Program-made: the position numbers and the translations under genes | Notes under the pieces: model-generated | Told to the model about the DNA's origin: nothing | What the model saw: the letters and a program-made list of their open reading frames with translations, nothing else | The model's database searches: none | In this document: positions 5,972-15,560 of the stretch, piece by piece | How positions within the stretch are numbered: position 1 is the stretch's first letter | Layout: each line of letters begins with the position of its first letter | Source of the DNA: an uncultured virus (IMG/VR IMGVR_UViG_3300048009_000750) | Taxonomy: Duplodnaviria > Heunggongvirae > Uroviricota > Caudoviricetes | Strand: one strand, 5' to 3' | IMG/VR virus record: IMGVR_UViG_3300048009_000750 | Length of the DNA stretch: 64,000 nt

Positions 5972-6709
5972 CTAAGTGTATTTTGCTACAAAATCTTCGT
6001 AACTTGTATCTAATACTATTTGCAATGTGTAGCGTGTTTGATCAGTGAAGTTGTTTGCGGCGTGCCATATGTCTTGATTGAATATGATCCACTCTCCTAT
6101 GGGGAACAGTTTCTTTCCGTATATGTGTCCATCTTCCCAAAGGTGTTCTGTAGGAGCATATGTTTGTCCTGGATGTGGCAACGGCAAGTACAAACAGCAC
6201 CAACGCAGCGGTGTATCTCTGTGTGGATGCATACAGCTACGGGGTGGAATGCGACTAAAGTTAGGTGGATCTCCTCTAGCTATATCACCTAAACGATGTT
6301 GTATTTGATCCAACTGTCTATACACCACACTATGATACTGCGCATCTATGTCCTGTATATACTGTATGTCAATGTATTTGCCTGGAGGTCCGTACTGTTT
6401 GTCCCAGTCGATGTGGTTATTACAGATATCCAGCATTTCCAGTATATCCTCTTTGGGCGTGGTTATCCAAGGCACAGTTTTTACACAGTGTTGTTCTATT
6501 TCTGGTATCCACTCTGATTCTCCACGGACTTCACTGCGATCCATCAGCACTTCTCTGGTGCGCATTGATTCAAACCAACTAGGTGGAAATTTGCCTACAC
6601 CTACTTGAGGTTTGCGTTCGCCCGAAAATCTACGTCGGCCCGCTGTGCCTCTCCACATTTTTTTATGACTGAGTTCTCTGTTTACATCGTTTATTTTTAG
6701 TTTACGCAT
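5972..6709 (-). CDS. 2OG-Fe(II) oxygenase (Asp/Asn beta-hydroxylase-like cupin)
   Basis: HPHRD (HxD), distal WH, and downstream R-x-T-L. Confidence 0.75.
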   Translation of the reverse strand: MRKLKINDVNRELSHKKMWRGTAGRRRFSGERKPQVGVGKFPPSWFESMRTREVLMDRSEVRGESEWIPEIEQHCVKTVPWITTPKEDILEMLDICNNHIDWDKQYGPPGKYIDIQYIQDIDAQYHSVVYRQLDQIQHRLGDIARGDPPNFSRIPPRSCMHPHRDTPLRWCCLYLPLPHPGQTYAPTEHLWEDGHIYGKKLFPIGEWIIFNQDIWHAANNFTDQTRYTLQIVLDTSYEDFVAKYT

Positions 6710-7718
6710 TGGATTTTCCTGGTATGATCACATTCTGTTTACGTAAGTAATTATCATAATTGCTGAGACGAAATTCATTTCTGTGCAATACTCTACAGTT
6801 GTTTTGTGCTTGTGTTACAGTTGGATCTCTTTGATGCAGTGTTATTATTTGATCCATTAGCACGATATCGCCAGGCTGCCAACAATGCACGTACTTGTAT
6901 TCATCTTGGAATGCACGACTGCGTATCCAAGCATCCGTATCCTCGTCACCGTTGTGTGTATGTTCGTTGAGATAATGATAATAAAATCCTCGTACACCTG
7001 CTGAGTTTTCTTGCAAGAACCACAGCCTGTATGGACCTGTGTATCCGCCGGCCTGGAATGTGGTTTTGCCAGTGCCTGATTCACCAAAACTTTCTGCAAC
7101 ACCGCTGCTCCAGTTGAGATGTGCTTCCCGCCAGTTGTAATACAATCCTTCAAGCCGGTGTAGTTCGTCATCAGTGAATGTGGCTCTACACAGTGCAGTG
7201 TTTAGGAATTCAGTGGTGGTGCCTTCACAGTGTTCCCATCCTTGCAGTCCTACTCCGTCTGCTTGATCATATCCATTTATGTTGCTGTGCCAAGCCAACC
7301 TAGCACCTGCAAATATTCCTGTGCTTTTATTGTCACGGGTTTTCTTTCCAGTCACACGTTGCACAGGATAAAGTTCTGGTGTATCTTGATACTGTTGTGG
7401 ATCAGGATATCCGTCTTTAACCAATGCCTTGTAGCGTTGCATTCCTTGCAATCCAGGATAACGTTCTTCGCCGGTGTTGTACCAATTGAAACTGTACCAG
7501 TTGTGTATGCTTTCTGTGGTAGCAATGCCACGTTTGCCCCAACCTATGTTGTGTGTGAGCCTTGCAAATTCATAACTGCTGGGCTCTTGATTACGAAACA
7601 CCACAATCAAATGTTTCAGTAATAATTCTCGAATGTTGAGATAATCTTTGGTTTCTAATGCACGTATATCCTCTAGTATTTCAATACCAGTATGGTTTTT
7701 TAAATACTGCCATTTCAT
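6702..7718 (-). CDS. TauD/TfdA-like dioxygenase, paralog 2
   Basis: LIVVFRNQ, WHSN, WQPGDIVLMDQIITLHQR, RVLHR; start set at the ATGA overlap (7718). Confidence 0.85.
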   Translation of the reverse strand: MKWQYLKNHTGIEILEDIRALETKDYLNIRELLLKHLIVVFRNQEPSSYEFARLTHNIGWGKRGIATTESIHNWYSFNWYNTGEERYPGLQGMQRYKALVKDGYPDPQQYQDTPELYPVQRVTGKKTRDNKSTGIFAGARLAWHSNINGYDQADGVGLQGWEHCEGTTTEFLNTALCRATFTDDELHRLEGLYYNWREAHLNWSSGVAESFGESGTGKTTFQAGGYTGPYRLWFLQENSAGVRGFYYHYLNEHTHNGDEDTDAWIRSRAFQDEYKYVHCWQPGDIVLMDQIITLHQRDPTVTQAQNNCRVLHRNEFRLSNYDNYLRKQNVIIPGKSNA

Positions 7719-8743
7719 TCGCTGTCTCTTGCTACCCTGCCTGGTATAATAACATTGTTCTTTTGCATCCACATATCATAGTTGCTGAGTCTGAATTCGT
7801 ATCTATGCAATACTCTGTGTGCTAGTATTTCTGGATCGTGCTGTCCACGTTGATGCAGTGTGAGCAGTTGATCCATCAAAACAATATCACCTGGTTCCCA
7901 CCAATGCACATACAAGTATTCGTTGTTGAAATAATGATCGTATACTGTGTTCCATAGGTCGTCTACATCACCAAATAGTTTTGCACTGTTCAACGGATTA
8001 AAAAATATACCTTGAGTGCCTGCTCTGTTGGTTTGCAGTACCCAGGCACGGAATCTACCAGCACCCCAATTCATTCCTGCCTTTTGTACTATATCTATTT
8101 CGGGGCTCCATTGGTCAGGAGATATTCGATACTCACCGTATGCAGTGTGCAGTGCCTTCAGCAGTTCAGGATCCATATCCGCCCTACAACGTGCAGTGTT
8201 TAAAAATTCAGTGCTGGTGTCTACACATCCTTCCCAGCCTTGTAAACTAACACCATCTGCCATACGTATACCATTCAAGTTACTGTGCCACAGTAGTTTA
8301 CCTTTGCCAAATATACCTCCAGGTATTTCATCTTTGTCTTTTTGTCCAGTAACACGTTGTATAGGAAATCCAATAGGATCGTCTGCATAGTCTTCAGGAT
8401 CATTGTATTTCCTTCTATACCACTCAGACATTTTACCCAAGCTGCCTTGTCCTCCATTTGGATCAGGCTTGTAATATTCTACCAAGCGTTCTGCATTGCC
8501 ATTCCAAAAACAACTTTCTTGATTGCTGATGCTGCCTTCACTGGCTACACCTGTTTTACCATAACCAATATTGTGTATCAGTTTACCATATGCATAAGTA
8601 TCTTTTGGTTGATGTTTTAGAACCACAATCAGTTTTGTCATTAACCATTCACGTATTTGTGCATAATCTTCTGTGGTTAATTTTGTAATGTCTACATCTT
8701 TTACTTGCCAAGCATTACCTTGGTCTATTGGTTCTATATACAT
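7715..8743 (-). CDS. TauD/TfdA-like dioxygenase, paralog 1
   Basis: WHSN, WEPGDIVLMDQLLTLHQR, RVLHR; clearly similar to the neighbouring gene. Confidence 0.85.
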   Translation of the reverse strand: MYIEPIDQGNAWQVKDVDITKLTTEDYAQIREWLMTKLIVVLKHQPKDTYAYGKLIHNIGYGKTGVASEGSISNQESCFWNGNAERLVEYYKPDPNGGQGSLGKMSEWYRRKYNDPEDYADDPIGFPIQRVTGQKDKDEIPGGIFGKGKLLWHSNLNGIRMADGVSLQGWEGCVDTSTEFLNTARCRADMDPELLKALHTAYGEYRISPDQWSPEIDIVQKAGMNWGAGRFRAWVLQTNRAGTQGIFFNPLNSAKLFGDVDDLWNTVYDHYFNNEYLYVHWWEPGDIVLMDQLLTLHQRGQHDPEILAHRVLHRYEFRLSNYDMWMQKNNVIIPGRVARDSE

Positions 8744-8745
8744 AA

Positions 8746-9447
8746 TCAATCCTTAAATTCTAATTGCATCAATGTCTGATCTAATTTACCAAAGTTATAC
8801 AAGTGTAAGGGTTGTCCGTTTAGATCGTTAACAAATCTCAAAGTATCAAATCCGTCTGTGCTTACATATCTCACACCACTTAGATTTCCTAATGCGTATG
8901 CTACGCTATCTAACAGTCCGCATAGTTTTGCATACTTGTACAAGCCTTTGAGAGTACAATTTGTCGGAACTCCTATTCTTGTTTTTACACTCCAACTGTT
9001 AAGAAGTCTAGGGTTCAAACACAATTGAGTTATTCCTCCAGTAAAATGTTGATACTTTGACATTTCAACATTGTTTAAATTTTCGCTTTGAGGATACACT
9101 CCGCAGTACATTTCAAATCCGTAATCTTGTATTACTTCTTTTACTTCGTAAAATGTTTGATACACCTTACCTTCGTATGTGCTGCCGCCTATGATTAATA
9201 CTTTGTTAACACCTGCTTTACGCATTGCTATACAGTTTTCGTGTAGTTCGCTTTCAGATTGTAAATTACGTGCGCCAATATGAGCAACAGCTTTTGCACT
9301 GCCTGCTTGATCATTTAATGCTATTGCTGCATCTTTTACCACACTTAGATCTGTACCGGGTAAGTGTGTAACACTTACTGAACTAGCTGTATCAACAGCA
9401 TACTGACTGAGTTTTTGTTTTGGTGTTTTTTCTACGCTTATGTCCAT
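8746..9447 (-). CDS. MetF-like methylenetetrahydrofolate reductase family protein
   Basis: HIGARNL, GVNKVLIIGG, GVYP, ITQLC and KYAKLCG motifs resemble the short MetF-like flavoproteins. Confidence 0.65.
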   Translation of the reverse strand: MDISVEKTPKQKLSQYAVDTASSVSVTHLPGTDLSVVKDAAIALNDQAGSAKAVAHIGARNLQSESELHENCIAMRKAGVNKVLIIGGSTYEGKVYQTFYEVKEVIQDYGFEMYCGVYPQSENLNNVEMSKYQHFTGGITQLCLNPRLLNSWSVKTRIGVPTNCTLKGLYKYAKLCGLLDSVAYALGNLSGVRYVSTDGFDTLRFVNDLNGQPLHLYNFGKLDQTLMQLEFKD

Positions 9448-9450
9448 ATG

Positions 9451-11097
9451 TTACTCTTGATAAATGTTTTTTCGCCATTCGCTGAAAGTCCAGAGTTTTG
9501 CATCTGTACAATTTATATAGTCGGAATTATTTTGATGTCGTACTACTCCTGAACCGCTTACTATGTCACCGTCTCTGTATTGAAACGGGCGTTGTATAGT
9601 AACATCTACATACTCTCCGTAGTTTGTACCTAGCGTAAGGAATGTTACATACCTGCCTGTCTTGCCACGGAATGTTCTGCCGTTGGCAATAACACCTGCA
9701 AAGTTTACACGTTCAAGATATTTTTGTTGTACACCTAGTCCTTGTGGGAAACCTCTGTGCCACCAACCTGGTTCTGTGAGTATGTCTCTCCTGTGAGCTT
9801 CTGTTTGGTATACCCATCCTCTGTAACTGCCTTGGCAGTGTTTGAGATTTGCTCTCCAGAATGCTTCTGGGTTGTGTGCTTTTTGGTAGGCCAAGGCCCA
9901 TATAAGTCTTCCCAAATTAACGGCGTGTGCCCTACACAAACCAAAACCGGATAGCTCCTGTAGTGCAGCCATAGCTTGTGCTCGTTTTGGATTGTTTCCC
10001 ATTCTTTCCACAAACTCCAGAATTTTTTCATCGTGCTTTTTAGCGAACGCCCTACGATACGAATCAGCTTCATATGCATCTACTCCTATAATGCTACTTA
10101 TGATTTCAATAGCATCGTCTTCGAATACAATACTATCCTGCATTGTTTCTTGACTCCAGTCTTGGAACACTGCTGCTTTCTGCCTGCCTGACATAGCAAC
10201 AGGTCTTACCATAGCTGTAGCAAACACACAGTCGTGTACACCAGTGGGTTGTATTGCTCGGAACAGTCTACGCATAGCAGGGCTTTCCCCTTGTGTAACC
10301 CCTAGTACATCGCCTCTAGCAAGCAATGCTGCTGCTTGGTCGTCATACTCTGGGTAGTCTTCTAATGCTGTATGCGGATCTATTTCCAGTAGTTGTGATA
10401 GTCCTCTGTTTGCCAGTATGTCAACCTTGAGGTGTTCAAGGTCCTCTACTTCGTGTTTGTCTAATAATATTTGATTGTCTTGTGATATAAGTGATTTAGG
10501 TAGTTGCCTAGTGAACATAACGATTCCTCCACAGTGTTTTGATATTGCTCTTTTCTTGCCTAATAATTTACGCTCTATGCGTTTTGCCTCAACAGGGTCT
10601 ACACCCAGTGATTCATACGTAAAATTTCTAGGAAGTCTACCTGTGGCGCCCAAGCGTTTGGCCGCTTCGCGTCTGGCACTCTTTTGCTTAAACGTGACAT
10701 AGTTGCTTAACCTTGCCGTTTTGCCGGGCCACTTTTTGAATATGCGATTCATTACTTCTAGTTGTCGCCAATGTTCAAAGTCGATATCAACATCCGGCAG
10801 GTCGTCACGGAGTGGGTTCATAAACCTCGCCACAGGTATCTTCCACTTGATGGGATCCACGTCTGTAATCCCAAGCAAGTAACATACAAGACTACTGCCC
10901 GCCGATCCACGTGTCATATGTTTAATATCGGTGGTGAGGTCTATTATGTCGCATATTTGTAGGAAGTAATCTGTGAAGCGTAGGTTAATTATTAACTCAA
11001 ACTCTTCAACAAGTCTCTGTTCGTATTGTGTACCTTCTGGTATTTGCCTTTTAAATCGTGCGAGTAGTTTTTCAATGTTTTCTAAATCTTTTGCCAT
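9451..11097 (-). CDS. dnaE: Compact family-C DNA polymerase (DnaE-like alpha subunit lacking PHP), 548 aa
   Basis: RGSAGSSLVCYLLGIT, PDVDIDF, KHCGG, KVDIL, C-terminal OB-like region; start reassigned to 11097 (GAGG SD). Confidence 0.9.
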   Translation of the reverse strand: MAKDLENIEKLLARFKRQIPEGTQYEQRLVEEFELIINLRFTDYFLQICDIIDLTTDIKHMTRGSAGSSLVCYLLGITDVDPIKWKIPVARFMNPLRDDLPDVDIDFEHWRQLEVMNRIFKKWPGKTARLSNYVTFKQKSARREAAKRLGATGRLPRNFTYESLGVDPVEAKRIERKLLGKKRAISKHCGGIVMFTRQLPKSLISQDNQILLDKHEVEDLEHLKVDILANRGLSQLLEIDPHTALEDYPEYDDQAAALLARGDVLGVTQGESPAMRRLFRAIQPTGVHDCVFATAMVRPVAMSGRQKAAVFQDWSQETMQDSIVFEDDAIEIISSIIGVDAYEADSYRRAFAKKHDEKILEFVERMGNNPKRAQAMAALQELSGFGLCRAHAVNLGRLIWALAYQKAHNPEAFWRANLKHCQGSYRGWVYQTEAHRRDILTEPGWWHRGFPQGLGVQQKYLERVNFAGVIANGRTFRGKTGRYVTFLTLGTNYGEYVDVTIQRPFQYRDGDIVSGSGVVRHQNNSDYINCTDAKLWTFSEWRKNIYQE

Positions 11098-11152
11098 TGT
11101 ATGCCTCTTGTAGTTTTTTATATGCCTGGTGCTTTGCAGCACGTTCTATTTA
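11098..11152 (-). promoter_or_regulatory. dnaE leader: TAAATA promoter, GTGCT-GCAA-AGCAC hairpin and two AGGCAT motifs
   Basis: Read directly on the minus strand. Confidence 0.5.
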
Positions 11153-11177
11153 GCATTGAAAAAACGTAGGCAGAAAA

Positions 11178-12602
11178 TTATGAACCAAGTTTGTTTAAAA
11201 AGTTTCTTAGTTCAACTGTGCTTGCTTCTGCTTTTATCTTACCTACAGTATCACCTTCGCTTGGATCTTCCTTGGATTCTTCTACTGTTGGTGTACCATT
11301 GCCTCGTTTGATTTGATCAAACACAGTACTCTTACGTTTCTGGAACTCTTGATATTCTTCATCCTCGCCCAAATCACGTATGCGCAAACTGTCTACATCA
11401 AACTCTAAATCAATCTTTTGTCCAACACCACTACTGCTTCTAGTCTTCATAAGTTGTATTTGATATCTGCCACGCTCACGCATAGCCCTACTTGTAAAGA
11501 TACCAATCAAGTTATCTGCTGTATTAATCTTACTTATACCACCACTAATATGCGAATGATCAAATTCAATTTCTTCCACACTTGATCTATTCAACTGTGA
11601 CGCTGTAACAAAGATAGTGTTAAGTTCCATAGCCAAGTTACGCAGTTCTTCTGACACATACTTGTCTTTAACAAACAAGTTCTCTGCACTAATCTTAACA
11701 GCATTTGGATGCATCAAATCCAAGTAGTCAATCAACAGTACATCTACTTTACGTCCTGTTTTAATCTCGTACTCTTTTAGATACGCTCTTATATCGTTGC
11801 TGTTTTTACCTGTGGGCATATACTTGACTTGAAATGCACCCGACTTCTTGCCGATAATCTTAACCTTCATTTCAACATCATCAATGCTTTTGAACACATC
11901 ACGACTTGGAATATCTGTGGTCATACTATCTAGTCGCATACTAACCAATGCTTCTGAAAGTTCAAAAGTCAAGTACATAACATTCAATCCTTGCAAACAC
12001 CAGTTTACACCCATATTTGCTAAGAACAAACTTTTACCAGATCCTGATCCACCTGCAAAGATGTTTAGTTCGCCCCTGTTGAATCCACCAAACAGTTTCT
12101 TGTCTAGTGCCGGCCAGCCTGTACTAACTTGTCCATTTTGATCTTTGATACCTTCTAGTCTAGCTCTTGGATCTGCAAAGTAATCTGTGCCTAGATCTTT
12201 TTGTAATCCAATCTGTACTGCTTGCTTAACCAAGTCTTCACACGCACCATATTGTCCGTTTTCTAATAAATCTGCACTCTTAAGAATTGCCGACTCTAAT
12301 GCTTTGTGTTTGCTAAAAGTTTCAAAGTCTTGTAACAACCAGTCATAATGATTCTCTGCTAATTGCCCTGGATCTTTTAAGTTGCTATCTGTTGCTGCAT
12401 TTACAATATCAAAAGTAGGCAATGCATTATGTTCGTCAACATACTGCTTTACAAATTTAGCAGGTTCTACCAAACGTCTATCAAACGCATCAGGATTAAA
12501 CACACCCTGACAGCGCACAAAACTTTGTGCGTCTGTCATAAACATTTCAAGATATACCTTTTGTATATCATAACCATAATCAGTGTTTTGTCTTGTTGCC
12601 AT
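11178..12602 (-). CDS. Replicative DNA helicase (DnaB / T4 gp41-like)
   Basis: GGSGSGKS Walker A, LIDYLDL, TASQLNR, MKTR. Confidence 0.95.
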   Translation of the reverse strand: MATRQNTDYGYDIQKVYLEMFMTDAQSFVRCQGVFNPDAFDRRLVEPAKFVKQYVDEHNALPTFDIVNAATDSNLKDPGQLAENHYDWLLQDFETFSKHKALESAILKSADLLENGQYGACEDLVKQAVQIGLQKDLGTDYFADPRARLEGIKDQNGQVSTGWPALDKKLFGGFNRGELNIFAGGSGSGKSLFLANMGVNWCLQGLNVMYLTFELSEALVSMRLDSMTTDIPSRDVFKSIDDVEMKVKIIGKKSGAFQVKYMPTGKNSNDIRAYLKEYEIKTGRKVDVLLIDYLDLMHPNAVKISAENLFVKDKYVSEELRNLAMELNTIFVTASQLNRSSVEEIEFDHSHISGGISKINTADNLIGIFTSRAMRERGRYQIQLMKTRSSSGVGQKIDLEFDVDSLRIRDLGEDEEYQEFQKRKSTVFDQIKRGNGTPTVEESKEDPSEGDTVGKIKAEASTVELRNFLNKLGS

Positions 12603-12744
12603 TCTTTTCTTCTCTAATGTGTGACTGTGCTTTAACTTGCCCGCAATTTTTACAATAATTAATTATAACACGATATGCAAACTTGTCAACTTTAATTATT
12701 TTTTCGTGCCGTGATATATCTACGTTTTTGCAGCAACCGTACAA
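12580..12744 (-). CDS. Possible small Cys-rich protein (54 aa; CC...CKNC)
   Basis: TTG start after GGAG; fills the gap between the carbamoyltransferase and helicase genes. Confidence 0.35.
   Translation of the reverse strand: MYGCCKNVDISRHEKIIKVDKFAYRVIINYCKNCGQVKAQSHIREEKNGNKTKH
12662..12689 (-). promoter_or_regulatory. sigma70-type promoter for the helicase
   Basis: TTGACA-16nt-TATAAT. Confidence 0.65.
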
Positions 12745-14240
12745 ACTTTTACTCCATAATGTTTTTCAAACACTTTAGCATCGGCCTCGTCGTTTACAAT
12801 CGGCTGACCTTTTATGTTTAGACTAGTATTTAACAGTAACGGACACCCTGTCTCTTCATACCAACGTTCTAGCAATTTTCTAAAGCCTGTGCTTTCATTT
12901 TTAGAAACTGTCTGTACCCTACTGGTGCCGTCCCCGTGGATGATTGCAGGTAGTCCAGGATCTGTGCAAGTTGATGTATATTGCATATATGGTCCGGTGT
13001 AGCCGTCAAAGTAATCTTTGGTATGTTCCTCCAATATAGCGGGTGCAAAGGGTCTGAAAAGTTGCCTCTGTTTAATGTTGTTGACTCGGTCTTTAATATC
13101 TTCTCCTCTGGGATCTGCAAGTAAGGAGCGGTTGCCAAGAGCTCTAGGTCCAAACTCTGCACGGCCGTTGGCCACGCCAACAATACCAGTAGTAAGTAAT
13201 TCTTGTAATATTTCTTCAACAGGATATTCTCCTTCTATGTTGTGTCCTAAATACGGACCCGGCCATTCGATATGCTGCCGCCAATGAGCTAAAGGTGCAC
13301 CAATAGCACTGCCGGCGTCTCCCGGGTTAGGCATTATCCAAACATTATTCCAATCACTGCGTATAGTACTATTAGCCGCACAATTCAAAGCACAGCCTCC
13401 TATTAGTACAAGATTACCCGAAGGAGATTTCCATCTAGCCCAGTTGCTTATATATTTCAATATGTACGCATATATTGATTGCACAGCAGCCGCTATGTCC
13501 ATTAGGTCTTGTGGGGTATCAAGTTCTGGCCGCCACCACATACATCCTCTATGCAAATTATGACGTAATTTGACCCTGGGTCTATCCCAAGCTATATTAA
13601 CCAAGCCTTGTAAGCCGTCGTGACTATCAATAGGGTGGAAGAACTCCTCTAATATTTCATTAAAGAATCTTAAAGGGTCTCCATATGCTGCCATACCCAT
13701 AAGAATGTATTCATCCTCTTGTGGCTTTAATCCTATTCTTTGCGTGAACGCGGAGTACCATAGTCCCACGGAATGTGGATACGTCTGTCTATAGATACGT
13801 TTGAGCCCTTTTTCTTTGGTTGCGTTCCAGATAGTGAGTGTATCAAACTCTCCAATACTGTCGATAACCACAACACTGGCTTCTGCAAAAGGACTAGTAT
13901 AAAAACCGGCAGCACCATGGGCAAGGTGATGATCAGTATACTTAATAGGAGCAGATATACCATACTGTCGAAGATAGCGACTAATATTGTTTTTCCTAAA
14001 GTACCCGAAGCTTTGTCCTGCTCGAATCTGTCTAAGAGTTTTTCTAAAGGGTCTCTCGTACCAAATAATTTCATCAGGCTCTCCCCATTGACGTGCATAG
14101 TTAATTATCTCTTTATTAAGGTGTGGATCATTCTTAATACCACTGTATCGTTCACTGTGGCTTGCATATACTAGTTTTTTATCTTTAAATACTGCTAGTG
14201 CTGCATCGTGACTGTTAGCACTTATTCCCCAAGTGATCAT
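12720..14240 (-). CDS. Carbamoyltransferase (NodU/CmcH/TobZ family)
   Basis: HDAA, HHLAH, EYILMGMAAYG, GGCALNC, EFGPRALGNRS, FRPFAP, LNTSLN. Confidence 0.95.
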   Translation of the reverse strand: MITWGISANSHDAALAVFKDKKLVYASHSERYSGIKNDPHLNKEIINYARQWGEPDEIIWYERPFRKTLRQIRAGQSFGYFRKNNISRYLRQYGISAPIKYTDHHLAHGAAGFYTSPFAEASVVVIDSIGEFDTLTIWNATKEKGLKRIYRQTYPHSVGLWYSAFTQRIGLKPQEDEYILMGMAAYGDPLRFFNEILEEFFHPIDSHDGLQGLVNIAWDRPRVKLRHNLHRGCMWWRPELDTPQDLMDIAAAVQSIYAYILKYISNWARWKSPSGNLVLIGGCALNCAANSTIRSDWNNVWIMPNPGDAGSAIGAPLAHWRQHIEWPGPYLGHNIEGEYPVEEILQELLTTGIVGVANGRAEFGPRALGNRSLLADPRGEDIKDRVNNIKQRQLFRPFAPAILEEHTKDYFDGYTGPYMQYTSTCTDPGLPAIIHGDGTSRVQTVSKNESTGFRKLLERWYEETGCPLLLNTSLNIKGQPIVNDEADAKVFEKHYGVKVCTVAAKT

Positions 14241-14243
14241 ATT

Positions 14244-14441
14244 TTATACATTATTATTTCTATCATTGTGTACTTTCTCCCAATACTCGTCATTTGTCAT
14301 ACGTGGCTTTTTAGCATTTTCTGCTTCTTTGGCTTTGCGTTCTTTCATTGCTTTGCGTATTCCGTACCAAAACCAAAGCTTCCAAAATATTTTAGCCCAA
14401 GGATCAGTATGCATTATATAATCAAGTATTTTTTTCTTCAT
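14244..14441 (-). CDS. Small hypothetical protein
   Basis: 65-aa ORF coupled to its neighbours. Confidence 0.65.
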   Translation of the reverse strand: MKKKILDYIMHTDPWAKIFWKLWFWYGIRKAMKERKAKEAENAKKPRMTNDEYWEKVHNDRNNNV

Positions 14442-14560
14442 TTGTAAATAAATGGATCTCTTTTTTTGAGTTCTTTTAATCTTTTACGATAACGTAATTC
14501 ATCTCTAATTCTTGTGTACGGCCATATAATTAAACGTATTAATTTTTTAATGTAAACCAT
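14438..14560 (-). CDS. Small basic protein ending KKRDPFIYK (40 aa)
   Basis: ATG at 14560; TGA overlaps the next ATG. Confidence 0.6.
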   Translation of the reverse strand: MVYIKKLIRLIIWPYTRIRDELRYRKRLKELKKRDPFIYK

Positions 14561-15525
14561 TTTTTTGCCTTTAATCTAATTTTCAACGGACTGCTTTCGG
14601 CAGCACTTGCTATACTGTATAAAGTATATAGCCTTCCATACTTTTCTACAGCTTCTCCAATATCATTTATCTCATCTTCCCAATCAGGCAAGCTAACGTG
14701 CCATCCTCGATCAATAGCTTGTTCTACTAACTTACTACCGGCTTTATCTCTATCAGGAACAACATATATATCTTTTCCTAGTCTATTCAATAGCAAAGCT
14801 TGAGCATCTCCAATGTCGCTGCCTGTTAGTGCAGTACCTTCTATGTGTATTGCATCTAGCGGGCCTTCGCACAATATACAAAACGCTTTATTATGTCCTT
14901 GTTCGTCTAAATTATATACAAAACCAGGTTGACTATCAGTAAGATACTTTGGCTTGCTTTCCCCTACTGTACGGGCTGTATATCCAACTATACGCCCCTC
15001 ATATGTAAAAGGTATTATCAGTCTTTCTCTATATCCTAACTGTGAAGACCAGTAATAATTTGTATCATCCAAGTTTAAATTACGTGCGGCCATATATTCT
15101 AAAACAGCCATACTATGCTTGTTAAACTCTGTAATGTCTGCAATGCGTACACTGTCTTCGGGCAAATGCACAGTGCCAAATGTAGGTAGTTCTACTTTAC
15201 GTTGTTGTACTTCTACACCTTCATTTTCACGCATAACATCTAGTGCTAGTTTTGTAATATCAGCATCTGGTGCATTTAACCATTGCAAAAGTTTTTTAAA
15301 TTTATAACTTAAATTACGTCCTGGTTGCCAACTTGCTTTGTACCCGCAATTGAAACAATGATAGCTTACAGTATCGCCTTCGTATATAACACCACCACGT
15401 CCTCTTGTGTCTGTGTTTTCATTGTTATGTACACAACAAGGCGCATTAAAACTGGTCCACCCACTAGGTGTAGTTTTGCGCTTGCCAGGCAGATATAGGG
15501 TAAGGACGTCAGACACAATGCTCAT
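14539..15525 (-). CDS. DNA primase (T4 gp61-like)
   Basis: N-terminal zinc finger (PCC...HCFNC), KYL, TOPRIM EGPLD and PDRD. Confidence 0.92.
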   Translation of the reverse strand: MSIVSDVLTLYLPGKRKTTPSGWTSFNAPCCVHNNENTDTRGRGGVIYEGDTVSYHCFNCGYKASWQPGRNLSYKFKKLLQWLNAPDADITKLALDVMRENEGVEVQQRKVELPTFGTVHLPEDSVRIADITEFNKHSMAVLEYMAARNLNLDDTNYYWSSQLGYRERLIIPFTYEGRIVGYTARTVGESKPKYLTDSQPGFVYNLDEQGHNKAFCILCEGPLDAIHIEGTALTGSDIGDAQALLLNRLGKDIYVVPDRDKAGSKLVEQAIDRGWHVSLPDWEDEINDIGEAVEKYGRLYTLYSIASAAESSPLKIRLKAKKWFTLKN

Positions 15526-15531
15526 ACTATT

Positions 15532-15560
15532 ATACTAGCATCGTACCGATACAATGTCAA
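15532..15560 (-). promoter_or_regulatory. sigma70-type promoter giving a probably leaderless primase mRNA
   Basis: TTGACA-17nt-TAGTAT; ATG follows 6 nt later. Confidence 0.65.
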
